The notes under the pieces are model-generated. The model saw only the letters and a list, made by a program, of their open reading frames with translations. It did not search any database and was not told the origin of the DNA. A stretch of DNA of 63,687 nucleotides, the filler included, from Lenisia limosa (lineage: Eukaryota; Protista; Breviatea): assembly GCA_001655205.1 (NCBI GenBank). It is 15 parts of 15 records of this genome, joined end to end, with 100 filler letters (N's around TTAATTAATTAA, not from the genome) between each part and the next. Parts side by side here need not be neighbours in the genome. Positions count along the whole stretch, not along the records: positions 1 to 10,466 come from LPNZ01008667.1; positions 10,567 to 22,333 come from LPNZ01002769.1; 13 more parts are not named here. One strand, 5' to 3'. The position numbers and the translations under genes are program-made. Positions 1 to 13,019 of the stretch are shown piece after piece; position 1 is the stretch's first letter; each line of letters opens with the position of its first letter.

Positions 1-489
1 GAATGCCTATTAATCAACAAATAGGCTTCAAACGGGATTTAAAGTTGAAATTTGGGCTTCTTAGTTAGAGCTCTATGAATCCCAACTATTCTACTTTGAC
101 AAGAATTTGAAACTGACTTTTAAAATGAATTAGAAAGCAAATTTCCCATGGAGGGTAACTAAGTTAAAGTTCATTTTACTTCCAATTTTGCGAAATAAAC
201 ACAATATACAGTAGAGCTTTCGTTTCAAAAAATTACTGAATATCTCGATAAATATCAATATTTTATCATTCTTTCGAGCGATTGATTTCGGTTGTGATTG
301 TTCCGTTTGTGCTTCCTTCAATCCGATTGCACCATATCATATATATAGTATATCATGTTTGGGCCTTAATGTCCATTGTAAATTACTATAAGGTCTATCC
401 AAAACATATAATTATTTTTCCATTGTTGCGAAATTGTAAAAGGTTGTGCCAGGGGCTTCACTTCGGTTCAAAAAAGAAATAAGACATAC

Positions 490-741
490 CACCTACTCTG
501 AGTGTTCCTCTGTTTCGGCATTCTGAAAGAGAATTCAAGAAGCACTAAATTATAAGATTGAGTTCAAAGAAACAGATGCCCCCCCTCATCAGCTCACTTT
601 GTCAAACTCCTTGAGAATCTTCACAGCCAAATCTACAGGGAGCTTGTTTTCGTTGCATAACTCATCAAGTGCATCAATAAGGACCTTTCCCAACGAGGAC
701 TCGCGGTAGAGATCAAACGAGACTGCTTGATTCTGTGCCAT
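490..741 (-). CDS. TOA2: Transcription initiation factor IIA small (gamma) subunit, first two exons; the rest was not located (probably runs off the window start)
   Basis: Exon 741-598 gives MAQNQAVSFDLYRESSLGKVLIDALDELCNENKLPVDLAVKILKEFDK. After a GTGAGC..TTTAG intron, exon 544-490 gives CFLNSLSECRNRGTLRVG. Matches the TFIIA-gamma pattern LYRxSxLGxxLxDALDxL...LAxxVLxxFDK. Confidence 0.85.
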
Positions 742-1130
742 CTTATTGGATGGACTTTTTTAACCGTTTAGTACTCTTTTGTCCTCAAAAATGATCAAAT
801 TGGGCAATGAAACGTCAATTACGGACTTGGCAAAGGGCAGGGGAGCGTAAGGGCCACAAGAAAAAATCACAACAGCTCGCTTATATTCTCTGATCTGTCT
901 ATACTGCTGCTCTATGAGTCTCGTCGTCGTATGAGAGTATGAGAGTTGTCTAGTGTACACGTCAGCTNNNNNNNNNNNNNNNNNNNNNNNNNNNNNNNNN
1001 NNNNNNNNNNNNNNNNNNNNNNNNNNNNNNNNNNNNNNNNNNNNNNNNNNNNNNNNNNNNNACTTGTCACGCCACGGTGAAAGAAATTAGAGAATTATTA
1101 ATATTTGGTGCACCTGAAAACTTTCTGGCC

Positions 1131-3578
1131 ATGAATTTTATTGATATTGGTGCTAACCTCCTTGCTGATCACTTTCAAGGTGTTTACTACGATAAAAAGA
1201 AACATGAATCTGACCTTAATGTAAGACTGGAATCAAATGGTAGAACTAAATGTTATATTTCACTTTTTATTTCTTTATCCACTGCAGTGCATCTACCTTA
1301 GTATAAATATGTATGTAACTCTGTATTAGATAATTTTTTTCACCCCCCCCCCTCCCTAATTTTATTGCTGAGTATTAATCATATTTTTTCATGAGACTAA
1401 TTCAAAACAAGTATTTATTCACCTTTCTGATTAAAATAGGCCGTTTTGGAGAGGGCATGGGAAGCTGGGGTAACGAAAATAATAATTACTGCTGGGACAC
1501 TCCAAGAAACCAAGGATGCACTAGCCCTTTGTAAAACTGACAGTGAGATGGCTTGTGATTCTGTAGTACTCTTTCTTCTGCATCATTCTTCATGATCTTA
1601 TTTTCTTTATCTTTCTCTCTAACAGTTTTGTTTTTCTTAGATCGTCTGTTTACTACAGTTGGAGTGCACCCTACCCGAACAAAGCAGGTCTTCGAGGGTC
1701 TTTCAGGTGGGATGGACTTAATGATATGTAGTGTTTTTTTTGGGACCTTATAGTGTAAAAAATAGTGTTAATTGTGCATTTCTCACTTGTACAGAGGAGG
1801 AAGTCACGGCGTATATTGACGAAATGATCGCGATTGCAAAAGAGAATCCTAAGAAAGTGGGGAATTGGTCTTTCTGAATCATAAAATGGACCTAGTGTAA
1901 GGGATTTTTTTTTTTTGCGATTTTGTTTTTCGAATTTCGAACATTCAAGCTTTTGGACATTTTCAAGAGGTACCTATGCTTCCTCAATTTTTCAATTTTT
2001 TGAGTACATTTTTTGAAAAAATAAAAGTTTCAAAATTAGATGTTGAGTGATTTTAGTGGGAGAATAAAAAAGTTAGGACTTTCTTACGCTTGAGGTAGGG
2101 GTCGGCTTCATGGGGTATGGGGGGATATACATGTAATATATATGTATATCATATTATATACTATACTATACTAATAATTATATATGATATCATATATTTG
2201 ACGACCACCCTTGCCATTGACTCTTTAGATTGTCGCAGTTGGAGAATTTGGACTGGATTATGACAGATTAGAGTTTTCCCCAAAAGATACACAAATCAAG
2301 TAGGTTTTCACAGCAGGTTTTCTGGCTCTCTAGATACCCTGTGAATAATCCCCTTTAGTATTGGTTTCTTGAACAATATCTTTATACTTTAAATCAAAAT
2401 GGTTTTTTTTTAACAAAACTGGTCTCTTGATGATAGTTTTCTAACTTTTTTTTTTTTTAGGTTTTTGAAGCTTCAACTTCATGTTTGTGGAGGGGGGGTA
2501 ATTCAAGGTTGTTTGGATAAGTTTTCTTTGTTTTTGAATTCTGTAACCTCTATCTAGGTATGTGAAGAAACCCATTTACCCCTCTTCTTACACAACCGAG
2601 CCTCTTCTGATGATTTGGCTGACATTCTCAAAGAAGCAAGCACAGCTCTGAGTGCTGGTGGCGTGGTACATTCTTTTGGTAATGGGCGTTTACCTTTCTT
2701 CTACGTTTAATTACAGTTTATATCGTAGTATTCATCTTGAAGCGTTTCCTATAACCATATCCGTAGATGACCCTCCGGAATGTGCCGTCAAGTTTGTAGA
2801 ATTGGGTCTTTGTATTGGTCTGAACGGCTGCTCACTGAGGGGCGAGGACGGACTCCAGTATGCGAGATTGCTGATTGTTTTCTTTGTCTGAGCATCCAAT
2901 CACAAGTATTTAGAACAGCAGCAACAGTACCGCTTACAAAACTTATGCTCGAAACTGACGCACCATGGTGCTCTATAAAAGTATGTTATGATCCGTGTGT
3001 GGGGTGCACCATAAATTTCATGACGCCACATTTATTTCATTAGAATACCCACCCCGGGGCCAAAATGATCAAAACCACATGGCCTACGAAAAAGAAGCCT
3101 GACAAATGGGAGGCTGGGTTCTGTATTAAGGTACAGCTGGTCTTTATTGATTTCGTTTGTGATATTGACTTTACTTTGTAGGACCGATGTGAACCGTGCC
3201 ACATCGTCCAAGTGGGCAAGTTCTCTTTAATCCGCTTCATATCCCTTCTTATCATTGACTTTTAAGGTTTGTGAAGTGATTGCAGGTCAGCGAAATATCC
3301 AGCCAGCTGAAGTGGCAGAAGTAAGAGGATGAAATAAAGATGCACTGGCAATACTACCTCCAATGCATAGTAATCCAATAATATAATTTTTATGCGTATT
3401 ATATATGATATACAGTATTATATATAATATGATATAATTACATAACATAACATATCATAGTATAATGTGTCATTTTTACATATCATATTATAATATGCTA
3501 CACATTGACATTATATTGATTCTATTGACTGTGCAGGTCTGTTTTGAGGTAACTGAAAAAGTTTTCTTCAAGGATTAA
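1131..3578 (+). CDS. TATDN1: TatD-family deoxyribonuclease (TATDN1-like), about 14 exons
   Basis: Spliced peptides: MNFIDIGANLLADHFQGVYYDKKKHESDLN / AVLERAWEAGVTKIIITAGT / LFTTVGVHPTR / IVAVGEFGLDYDRLEF / PLFLHNR / GGVVHSF / IGLNGCSL / LMLETDAPWCSIK / DRCEPCHIVQ / VCFEVTEKVFFKD* (TAA 3576-3578). The conserved E, H, H and D residues are present. Confidence 0.93.
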
Positions 3579-3852
3579 GTAAACTATGGTTGTTGATTTC
3601 TGTCAAGGATACTAAAAGACAAAACTTGGCTTTGAAATCCTTTTAATACATAGTATAATAACATCTTAACAAAATAATCCTATTCAACATAGGAGGAGGC
3701 GTCATTGGAGTACACAACACCACTAACGATCTTAGGCAGTGAGAATTCAAATGGACAAATGGACAATTATACTACTGATATTGCATGTATAGTCCGTAGC
3801 ATAATACAGATCATATCATATTATATCATATAGTATATGATTTAGTAATACA

Positions 3853-3985
3853 ATCAAAACAATATTCCAATGTTAACTCATATCCACTATGACCGACTTT
3901 CGAGAAGATACGATGGTTTATCCCGAGTGTATCTGAGTATCATTGAGACTTGTCAGTCAATTATCATGCGAGTGGATTATCGATA
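3853..3985. mobile_element. Small TIR-type element (family C), degenerate copy
   Basis: Shares TATCCCGA.TGTATC.GAG.ATCATTGAGACT.GTC.GTCAATTATCAT.CGAGTGGAT with 42370-42464. Left-end GTTAACTCATATCCAC is the near reverse complement of the right-end GTGGATATGGGTTAAC of the 42 kb copy. Confidence 0.6.
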
Positions 3986-4074
3986 TTTTCATCGACGAAA
4001 CATCTTGTCTTTTTGAGAGACTGTAGGAAAGCCCTTGTAAGAATTGTCAAGTAGCTTAGTCCGACAATTATGCA

Positions 4075-6407
4075 CATTTTTACACTGACATCACCAATAA
4101 GCTGCCTACAGTACAATCTGAAACCGTTGCAACGGAGTTCTTTAACACTTGAGCTCTGAAGAGTTACACCAATTATGTGCAAGACAGGCTTTGTCTCAAC
4201 CCCAAAGGGCTTACCCAGAATTAGTGGAATTATAGGTGTCAAAGTCGGCGTTCAAAACGCACCCAAGAGCGCAGTAAATATTCCCTTAAAAGTAAACAAA
4301 AGACTGCTCAGAAGTCTTCTTACTATAATCGACTGTGTTGTAGAAGTTGGAGTGACTGTAAATGGATGAACCAAGTTCCGCCTTGAGATTAACAACGGAA
4401 GCGTCATTGTAGAAATTGCTGCTGTGAACGAAGATGTTGGAACTGTCAGGTCAGAATTATCAGAGTTAGTTTCAATGTGACAAAAGAGCCCCGCAAACTT
4501 TGCATGACAGTGAACGAGAAGGTTATAGAGATTACTTGTGCGAATAAGAACAGAGCTTCCCTAAGAAATAAGACAAATGCTAATGAGTGTCTGCTTAATT
4601 AAGTCAGCTTACCAAGTAGCCATAAATAGCCTTGTTTTGCCCATAGATGTCGCATTTGTAGAAATGAAGCACCGAATTGTGCTCGAAATATCTAAATATA
4701 ATAAACTCTTCACCCCAAATTTCAAAGATTATTGGATTTTGAAACAACAGGTATTTGGATATGGTGAAAGTGCAATGAAGTCTTACTCCGATATGGGGTA
4801 TATCCTACGGCTGCTGAAGATCCATGCCTACGAGACCCTTGCAGCAAGACAACTGATAACAGACTCTTCAAAATACGCAAAAGCACCTCCAGAAAGTGAG
4901 ATTAAATAGGACCCTCCAGAGATGTCGCTCTCCTACTGTATCAAAAAAAAAACAGAAAAAATGACAAAAGATTCGAGATAAACTGATCTATAAGGAAATT
5001 TAAAGCCAGGCTTACCAAAACCATCAAATGCGATGAACGAACGCATTGGATAGCATACTGTCCACCAGATATCTTGGGTGTTATAAAGACCAAACAACAA
5101 GTGNNNNNNNNNNNNNNNNNNNNNNNNNNNNNNNNNNNNNNNNNNNNNNNNNNNNNNNNNNNNNNNNNNNNNNNNNNNNNNNNNNNNNNNNNNNNNNNNN
5201 NNNNNNNNNNNNNNNNNNNNNNNNNNATGTCCACATTCTGAGGTGTAACATATGACACAAATGACAAGACGAATAGAGCATTCATTTGGTATTTGATGCT
5301 GGTTTCTCCCCCAACAGTGAGGTCTATTCTTGCTCCGTCTCCTCCACCGATTAAATTGGCTGCAACTACAAGGGCAGAGGTATCCATGGTCATCTCTTCA
5401 AATCTCACTGACGAGTGGGATATGTAAATGTTGTTATCTGGTGGAGGTGAGGATATGCCTTGACCCAATGTTTATAAACTCCTTAAAAAAATAGAACAAA
5501 TAAAATGAAAACCCAATTATTTCAATATTTGCCTTGTCAAATTGAAATATTATTTCATATTCAGAAAAAGCCAACTCCCAACTTGATATCATGGTGACTC
5601 CGGAGCCCTCCTCGAATCTGAAATATCAGATTGTAAAGGGAAAATTAGATGTCAAGTCCTGTAACATACTTCAAGGTGGATGTTCCCATGGACTGTCCTC
5701 GGACTGTCAAGTGGTAAGGCATACCAGCAGGGTATATATAGGGCAGCACCATCCTAAAAAAGTCAGAGCTGCGGAAAAAGACCCTCATAGTCAATAGTTT
5801 TTTTTTTATTTCGCCTACGTAGTTTCACCAAGTGGGAGAACACATTCCCTGGCAGCATTAGGTGGATGGATAGCTGCGGAATGCTTCTCAATGCAATCGA
5901 TCAGAGTCAGACCCGGGCCAACAGTCTGGTTTCGTGAGGAAAGAATGATGAAGGCCGAATAAGACTCTTAATGTGCAACTTGTCGAAATCCTACCATCGA
6001 GATTGCATCCGAGGACGTCACTGTTTTGGCGATGAGCGTGTCCACAGAAAGAGTTGTAGCCTGGTGTTAGAATAAAAAAAAGGGGCTATTAATGGAACCA
6101 CTACACGGGCATAGCGATATGGAAATGTATGGATATAATATAAAACCAATAAACCAGAACTAGCAGGTTTACCCAAACACCCATCTACCATGATATTATC
6201 AAAATTGGAGGATCCAACAGCTTGATGGAGGTTTCCAGTACTATCAAAGTTCAGCAGAGATGCTACGAGGTGAGAGAGGTATGGCGATGTTTGTGATTGT
6301 AAATTGACAATGGTGAGAGAGCAAAAAAATGCAGTGGACCAACCGGAAACATAGGTAATTAGAATAATAAGACTGTTCAACCAGGTTGACAGCTTAGCAG
6401 GGCCCAT
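4075..6407 (-). CDS. Hypothetical secreted/surface protein, multi-exon, spans an N gap
   Basis: ATG at 6407 with a hydrophobic N-terminus (MGPAKLSTWLNSLIILITYVSGWSTAFFC). Ser/Asn-rich exons follow, e.g. ESDISGGSYLISLSGGAFAYFEESVI and SSNIFVHSSNFYNDASVVNLKAELGSSIY. No family recognised; boundaries approximate. Confidence 0.4.
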
Positions 6408-6567
6408 TTTGAAACTACCTCTGAAAAAGCAATTTATTCAACTAACCTATTCAGCGTGATTTATTATAATTTTTATATCTTCTAATCTTCTTAATACCTA
6501 ATAAGTGGTAATTGAAAGCAGCGCAGAAGAAAAGTAGAAAAATGAAATCTCTATCGATTAGCGTGTT

Positions 6568-6589
6568 GCGTTGGAGCGCACTATTTAAA
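6568..6589 (+). promoter_or_regulatory. Candidate core-promoter motif GCGTT..AGCGC..CTATTTAAA in a head-to-head intergenic region
   Basis: GCGTTGGAGCGCACTATTTAAA lies about 110 bp upstream of ATG 6701. A similar string, GCGTTAGCGCGCAACTATTTAAA, occurs at 31866-31888 upstream of ACBP. Confidence 0.45.
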
Positions 6590-6700
6590 CAAAAAAACAA
6601 AAACAAAGCCCCTCAAGGTTAAATCGGCTATTCTATATACTATTTGACAACTACAAACTTGAATTATCAACAATATTTATAATTATAAAACAAAGGCATA

Positions 6701-9533
6701 ATGATTGCGATATCGTTACTTGTCACCCTTCTGTTAACGGTCCTTTCACCGGTTTTAGGACGGTATGCGAGCATTAAACAAAATCCTAACCCAACTTCCA
6801 GAAAAGTACAGATTTATCACACAACTGACCTTCATGGATGGCTTGCTGGTGGGTATTCCTTGGCCATTCCTCCTTTTACAATGATTAGGCCATCGTCATG
6901 ATGCAGCACTGGACGCAGATTTTGGCGACTACACTTCCCTCTTGCAGTGGAAGAAGGTATTTCTCATCTTTTGTTATTTCTGTCTCCTCATTACAATCTC
7001 CTAAAATCCGTAGTTAAAATTATTGGGTGCTCAGGGTTGAAAGAAGAGACATAAAAAAAACCTCCCATGATCTATAGATTTCTAACACAGCAGGTCCAGT
7101 CCAATGTCAGAGACTACGACTTCCTTGCTTTCGATACTGGGTTGGCTTAGCTTCATGTTGCAGATCTTTTTGTGCTATCTGACAACTCAGTGACATTCTC
7201 GAGGGAACTGGAATCAGTGATGCGTCTGAGTTTCATGGCCAGTATCTCTTCCCCCTTGTTCCTGATGAAATCACCGCCATTACCGTTGGTATGTTGGGGT
7301 GCATTGTACTTGAATGTCCTCCTTGAGAATGTGACCCCCCAGGAAACCATGATATGGGAGAAGATGGTTCGGTTGCCAACATGCACCAATACACATCATC
7401 TCACTGGAAGGACCGATTTGTTACTACGAATACATATTATAAGGGTGCTCTCTGGGGTGCTCCTTACAAGGTGAGACTCGCGCCACAAAGCGTATGTAGC
7501 TGACCGCCTTAGGTGACGACAATGTCATCAGGACTGCGAGTTCTCAACATCGGCGTGATGTACACATTCGACCTTGCTGCCTCTACTGTCAAGGTCGTAC
7601 CTCCAAGTGAAATGGTTTTCGACAAGCCTTTCCTCAAAGTTCGCAGTGGACTTGATTGTTGCATCTCAGCACACCTCCACCCAAACCTAACCCTATTAGG
7701 CTATGAAGGAGGAAGTTGACCTTATTGTTGGCCTTCTTCACATCCCGACATCATCTGACGAGACTAAAACCGTCTATAACGCCATCCGCCAGCATCACCC
7801 AAATACCCCCCTTGTGCTCTTAACCGGACACAGGTTCGTCTATGCCACGTTATTGGTTCCAGAAAAACACTTTCAATCTCTTTGTTCTTACCCCTCCAGT
7901 CATCAGCTGCATTTCACACGGCCGGACAAACAGGCTGTTATCATGGAGAGCGGCTGCTACTTCCGCTCCATCGGGAACCTCAACTTTGAAATTGATGACG
8001 TTGGTTCACAGTTGTTCTGTTCGTTTTAATCCTTTAGGAAGGCACCATGATTGTCCACGATCAGTCTTGGTAAGACAGAAACTGTGACCTTAATACTTTT
8101 CACTTTTTCACGTATCCCTTTTTCTCTTCCTAGAAATGGTAACCTCCCCCCCCCCCNNNNNNNNNNNNNNNNNNNNNNNNNNNNNNNNNNNNNNNNNNNN
8201 NNNNNNNNNNNNNNNNNNNAAACCTGGTGTTCCTCGCCAATGTCACCAAAACTGAATTCCTCACCCCAAAAGGTGTGTGGACAATCCTTCACCTCGCATG
8301 ACATTCTCCATTGCATATTATCCACCAAGGAAGCTTTTTTGCTTTTCTAACTATGCTTAACAATAACATAAACACATACAATACATATAATATATATATA
8401 TATATTATATACTGGATATATTATACTCATTACTTTTCATCCATACATATTCTAACACAGCAGGAGCCTATGTAAAGCAACTCATTAAGAAGGCCAACGA
8501 CGAGCTCCAACTCAACAAACTTGAGGGATGCTCCGATCTGGACTGGAATCCTGTGGGTTGCGGGGAGGTCTTTGAACGTACTCTTTGTTTCGTAGATATT
8601 CCTTATTACTGCCTCCAGTCTTCGGACCTGGATAGTGACGACTCATTCTACCGACTCTACATGGACGAGGTGGTGCCGAGGTCGCTATATGCCAACGCGT
8701 ACCCCCACATTACCTACAACAAAAAGTGGTTCCTTACTAACACTCAGTAAGCGTTATTCCTCCATCTGATAATAGGTCAACCTTTCTGGTTCAACTCCAC
8801 CTCAATTGGCTTCTTTTCTTTGTCCATCAGCTTACCCCCTCCCCAGTTCTCTCCGTTCCAAGCTTTATGAAGGAGAAGTCATCCTAGACGATATTCTGTC
8901 CGTGTCTCCATTCAACGACTCAATTTACATCATTGATAACATCCCGGCGTGGGGGGTGGGGTGTTGGAAGGTTTTTTGAATAATAGAAGATATGATTGTA
9001 CTGCATATATTGAGCTAAATATCGTAATAGTATATTATATCGATATGTGCACATTTTATTCGTAGTCAAACCGTATAGATCCTTGAGTGGACTTCACATT
9101 ATAGTGAATTGATACCTGCGGTGCAAGATGGCCTGAACAACATCCACTCCATTGACTTTGCTGATTACCCTGCTTACGCTGATGAAGATCCAAGGTGATC
9201 TCTTGGTATTTTTGCTCTCTACTAAGATAGTGTGTTTTGTGAAACCATAAAAAAAACCCTGCTCTCACGCTGCAGAGAGATCCGTAGTAATGGTCGTTTG
9301 CCGCACTACATCTGGGATGCCATTGAGCCTGAAGAGGGCAAAGTTCGTTGGGATTCATATCATAACCTCCAAAAATCCTACTATTCGGATGTGCTGTAGC
9401 AGACTGGCTTTGTATTCATACCATTTCATCCCGTCTGACTCGCTAGTTCTACGCAGCCATTGCGGCGGCCTACGACTCGAAGCGAGTGCAGCGCATTCTC
9501 CAAGATGCCACTGGCACTGAGTGGCCCCTTGTG
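6701..9533 (+). CDS. Secreted calcineurin-like metallophosphoesterase / 5'-nucleotidase (yeast YHR202W type); further 3' exons possibly to about 10390
   Basis: Signal peptide MIAISLLVTLLLTVLSPVLG. Spliced motifs IYHTTDLHGWLAG, DADFGDY, FDTGDILEGTGISDA, TVGNHD, LLTGHSH, MESGCYF and KLYEGEVILDDILSVSPFND. The DxH, GD, GNH and GHxH metal-binding motifs are all intact. Confidence 0.85.
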
Positions 9534-10510
9534 GTGAGCTGAGGGGGGCTTTTTGGACGTAATTATTGCCTTTTCACTGTCAGTTTTTTCTTTCGACCTT
9601 TGACAACTCTAGGCATTCACCAAGCACAATAGTGTGCCAGTTTTGGAGTTTTACATTCAACACTACATGAAATGCTGATGTTGGACTGACGCAAATCGAT
9701 TGTTGTAACGTATGTAATGTTTGGGGTGATATAATTTGATTTGACAATTAAAACGAGGTCCAACCTGAGGAGAGCATTCAGATATCCGAGAACTGCATAG
9801 GAATTTGCGCTTATGGGGGGGGGGGGGNNNNNNNNNNNNNNNNNNNNNNNNNNNNNNNNNNNNNNNNNNNNNNNNNNNNNNNNNNNNNNNNNNNNNNNNN
9901 NNNNNNNNNNNNNNNNNNNNNNNNNNNNNNNNNNNNNNNNNNNNNNNNNNNNNNNNNNNNNNNNNNNNNNNNNNNNNNNNNNNNNNNNNNNNNNNNNNNN
10001 NNNNNNNNNNNNNNNNNNNNNNNNNNNNNNNNNNNNNNNNNNNNNNNNNNNNNNNNNNNNNNNNNNNNNNNNNNNNNNNNNNNNNNNNNNNNNNNNNNNN
10101 NNNNNNNNNNNNNNNNNNNNNNNNNNNNNNNNNNNNNNNNNNNNCAAAGACTGAAGTGGCCAATCTTGGTTGGGGTACTGCAGCGTAAGAAAGCAAAAAA
10201 ACATAAGTTTCTTCTACGCCGATGATATACAAGTATATCATCATATATTATCTTAATGGGAATTGACGAGGTGTCCCGTCAAACATCTGCGGATGGAGAC
10301 GAATGCCACAAAGTACGCACCCCAGGTGTTGAACGAAACCATCAAAGCTCCAGAGTAGAGCTCAAAATCTGGCAATACATAGAAGGCTGAATTGTGAGCT
10401 TAGATGGACCGGAAATAAAGCCTACGAGTGTGGACATGAAGAGTGGAGAATGAGTGCTGGTGTCCGNNNNNNNNNNNNNNNNNNNNNNNNNNNNNNNNNN
10501 NNNNNNNNNN

Positions 10511-10522
10511 TTAATTAATTAA
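10511..10522. other. Artificial scaffold-joining spacer TTAATTAATTAA inside an N block (first of 14)
   Basis: Identical 12-mer flanked by N runs at 10511, 22378, 24038, 29081, 30756, 35502, 38883, 42509, 44669, 46530, 48486, 52486, 55106 and 62419. It contains stops in all six frames, and genes are truncated at these points. Confidence 0.97.
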
Positions 10523-10566
10523 NNNNNNNNNNNNNNNNNNNNNNNNNNNNNNNNNNNNNNNNNNNN

Positions 10567-11757
10567 GAATTCTCGGGACAATCTTACGTCTCAGTACAAC
10601 CACCTACCTTGCATATCTCCGAACCTTCGACCTCGATGATTACGAACCTGAAGATGTGAGCAAGGGCGTGATTACACAGTTGACACTTGTGAAAATGACG
10701 CAAATAGTGATTTGCCATTGTCTGCTCTCACTGATAGAGTGATATTGTTACGAACCTGGAGATCGATACACCCCCCTCTCTCTCTCACCACACAGCAAAC
10801 AATGAACCCAATGGAGGTGCCGTTTGAGCTGAAACTGAACCACAATGAGGACTTCACCCCTGGACGCTATCCCCCGAGAATCAAGGGTTGGGGGTGAGAG
10901 AGATAGAGAAAGAGAGAGAGAATTGGAGTTAAAAGTACTGTTTTGCTGTTTTTTGTTCACGTAAAGAATCGGGATGATATATTGATTCTATTAACGGACC
11001 TCTCTCACTTTTGTTTGACTGTGTAGAGTCATGCAGGCAGTGGAATGACGACCTGGTCAAATGGGCTAGAGAAGGACACGAGAGGTAGGTAACACTCTGC
11101 TGTTGACTCAAAATCCTGGCATGAAAGCCGATTTTCCGTCACTGTTTCATTTCATTCACTGCAGAAGCGACTGGCCTGGGTTTTGTTTTGTTTTTATCAA
11201 CCCCCGTGTGTTGTCAGCCAACAGAGGATTTGGGCTTTTTTTTTTGTTTCATAAATTTTTCCATTTTACTCCCCCTCCCCCAGTATTGATGTGGCTGGAA
11301 CGCTCTTCGAACAGTCCACGGAATGGATCGGTTGCGAAATCTCTCAATTCGGCAATATTGCAGGCCAAATGCATGACCCTGTAGGCTGGGAGGGGTACAA
11401 TCGATCCTTTCTAGAATGTTATTAGGCTGTTATTTCCCTACCATTATACAGACAGTGGAATTGACCTTATAGGGTCACACCGGCATCCCGTCAGTGGTGC
11501 TGATCCTTGTGTTCGCCGTGCCGTTGTCTCTGTTTCTTTGGACGGGTATCGCCGTCCTCCTTCACAAACAGGTCTGCTGAGTGCCTCTTTTGACTGTCCT
11601 TTCTTTTTCTCCTCTTTTTCTCCTCTTTTCCTTTCCTCTCTTCCTTCTTTCCTTCTTTTTTATTATTGTGATCATATCTGCTCGCCATTGTATACTTTCT
11701 GATGCTTTTAGGACAGCAAAGACAGTAACTTTGCCCAAAAGGCTGCTTTCGTAGGGG
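10567..11757 (+). CDS. Hypothetical single-pass membrane protein, 5'-truncated fragment
   Basis: In-phase exon chain ...EVPFELKLNHNEDFTPGRYPPRIK / WNDDLVKWAREGHES / IDVAGTLFEQSTEWIGCEISQFGNIAGQMHDP / GHTGIPSVVLILVFAVPLSLFLWTGIAVLLHKQ (TM helix). May continue to about 12380. Confidence 0.45.
11158..11283 (+). repeat. Modular intronic repeat family D; copy ending exactly at a 3' splice site
   Basis: CAGAAGCGACTGGCCTGGG..TTATCAACCCCCGTGTGTTGTCAGCCAACAGAGGATTTGGGC..TTTCATAAATTTTTCCATTTTACTCCCCCTCCCCCAG, immediately followed by an exon. Confidence 0.85.
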
Positions 11758-13019
11758 GGGGGGGGTAACTTAACTTTGGANNNNNNNNNNNNNNNNNNNN
11801 NNNNNNNNNNNNNNNNNNNNNNNNNNNNNNNNNNNNNNNNNNNNNNNTCATTCAAACAAAAAATCAACTTTCCACTTCTAATCCTTCAGTTTTAATCTCC
11901 CTCCTCCACCAAAAGAGGCTTTCTGTGTATTTCTGTTTCTGAGTGAAATGTATTAGTCTAGTATAATGATACAATTGTGGCTGAAATGGAAAGGGTTAGA
12001 TCATCATGTGTCAGAAATTTCATGAAGTAAAGTAACTATGGTCCACAAAAGAGCCCACGACCCAGATTGGATTACATACAACTATAAATAATCAAAGGGG
12101 TTGAAAGAGCCAGCAGTGTTGCTCGAGGAGGGTGTCGGTGGGGGGCTGACTTCTTCTTGGACACAACCAAGCCGCAGTGGCACCGTCTCAGAACTTCCAC
12201 CTGGCAGCAGCCTACATCATGCCTCCATTCTGTCACTTTTAAGGGTTTTGTCAGTCACCCCTTAGATTAACTTGAGAGAAAAACTATTTAAAAAGTTGAA
12301 TAATTCTGTTGTTTTTGAGTTGTCTAATATTCAGTAAAAATGAAAATATTACAGACCTGTTTGTGACCGAGAATGAATGATCCTTCCACCACTTCGCAGC
12401 TCCCTACAGCTCTATTATGTCGATTGCCTCTCTTCTCTTCTCTTCCTCACTCACCACGCTACAAAACAACCAGCTAATATTGGACCGGTACGCACGCAAA
12501 TAATAAAAGTACAATATTTGCTAATGCGTCAAGATTGCAGTTCCTAGCTCTGCAGCCATGTCATTTTTGCCGAAATGACCGTGTCAAGCAAATGGGAATC
12601 ATAAGATTTAAAGCAACTCAAAGATACAAAAATACATACATAAATAGGAGATCAGAGTGAAATAAGAAACTAGAGCGCAAGAATAGCAGCAACAAAGGCT
12701 TCACAGTTGCGGTTCCAAATCTCAAGCAATTTCTGGAAAGTCAAGAGAACTATCACTATTACTCAGGTACAAGAACAAGACACCACCGCTTTCTGACAGA
12801 ATTTTCTTGTAAATATCTGCAACCACAATCACAAGCAAAAAAGACTCAGAAAACCTCGTACGATATCATTCGTCATTAAACTGCCAGAAATGGAGACAGT
12901 AGGGGAGGCAACCTCCCTTTTGCGGGGGTTTGAAATGGGGGGTTTCTCCTTGAGGGTCAAAACATGTTGAAAATGAGAAAACTAAGCGCGTAGTCCTGCC
13001 CCCCCCCCCAAACATTCAT

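Noticed and set aside
9617-10244. The many long ORFs containing X runs here and throughout the ORF track
   Set aside because: They are open only because N gaps hide stop codons.
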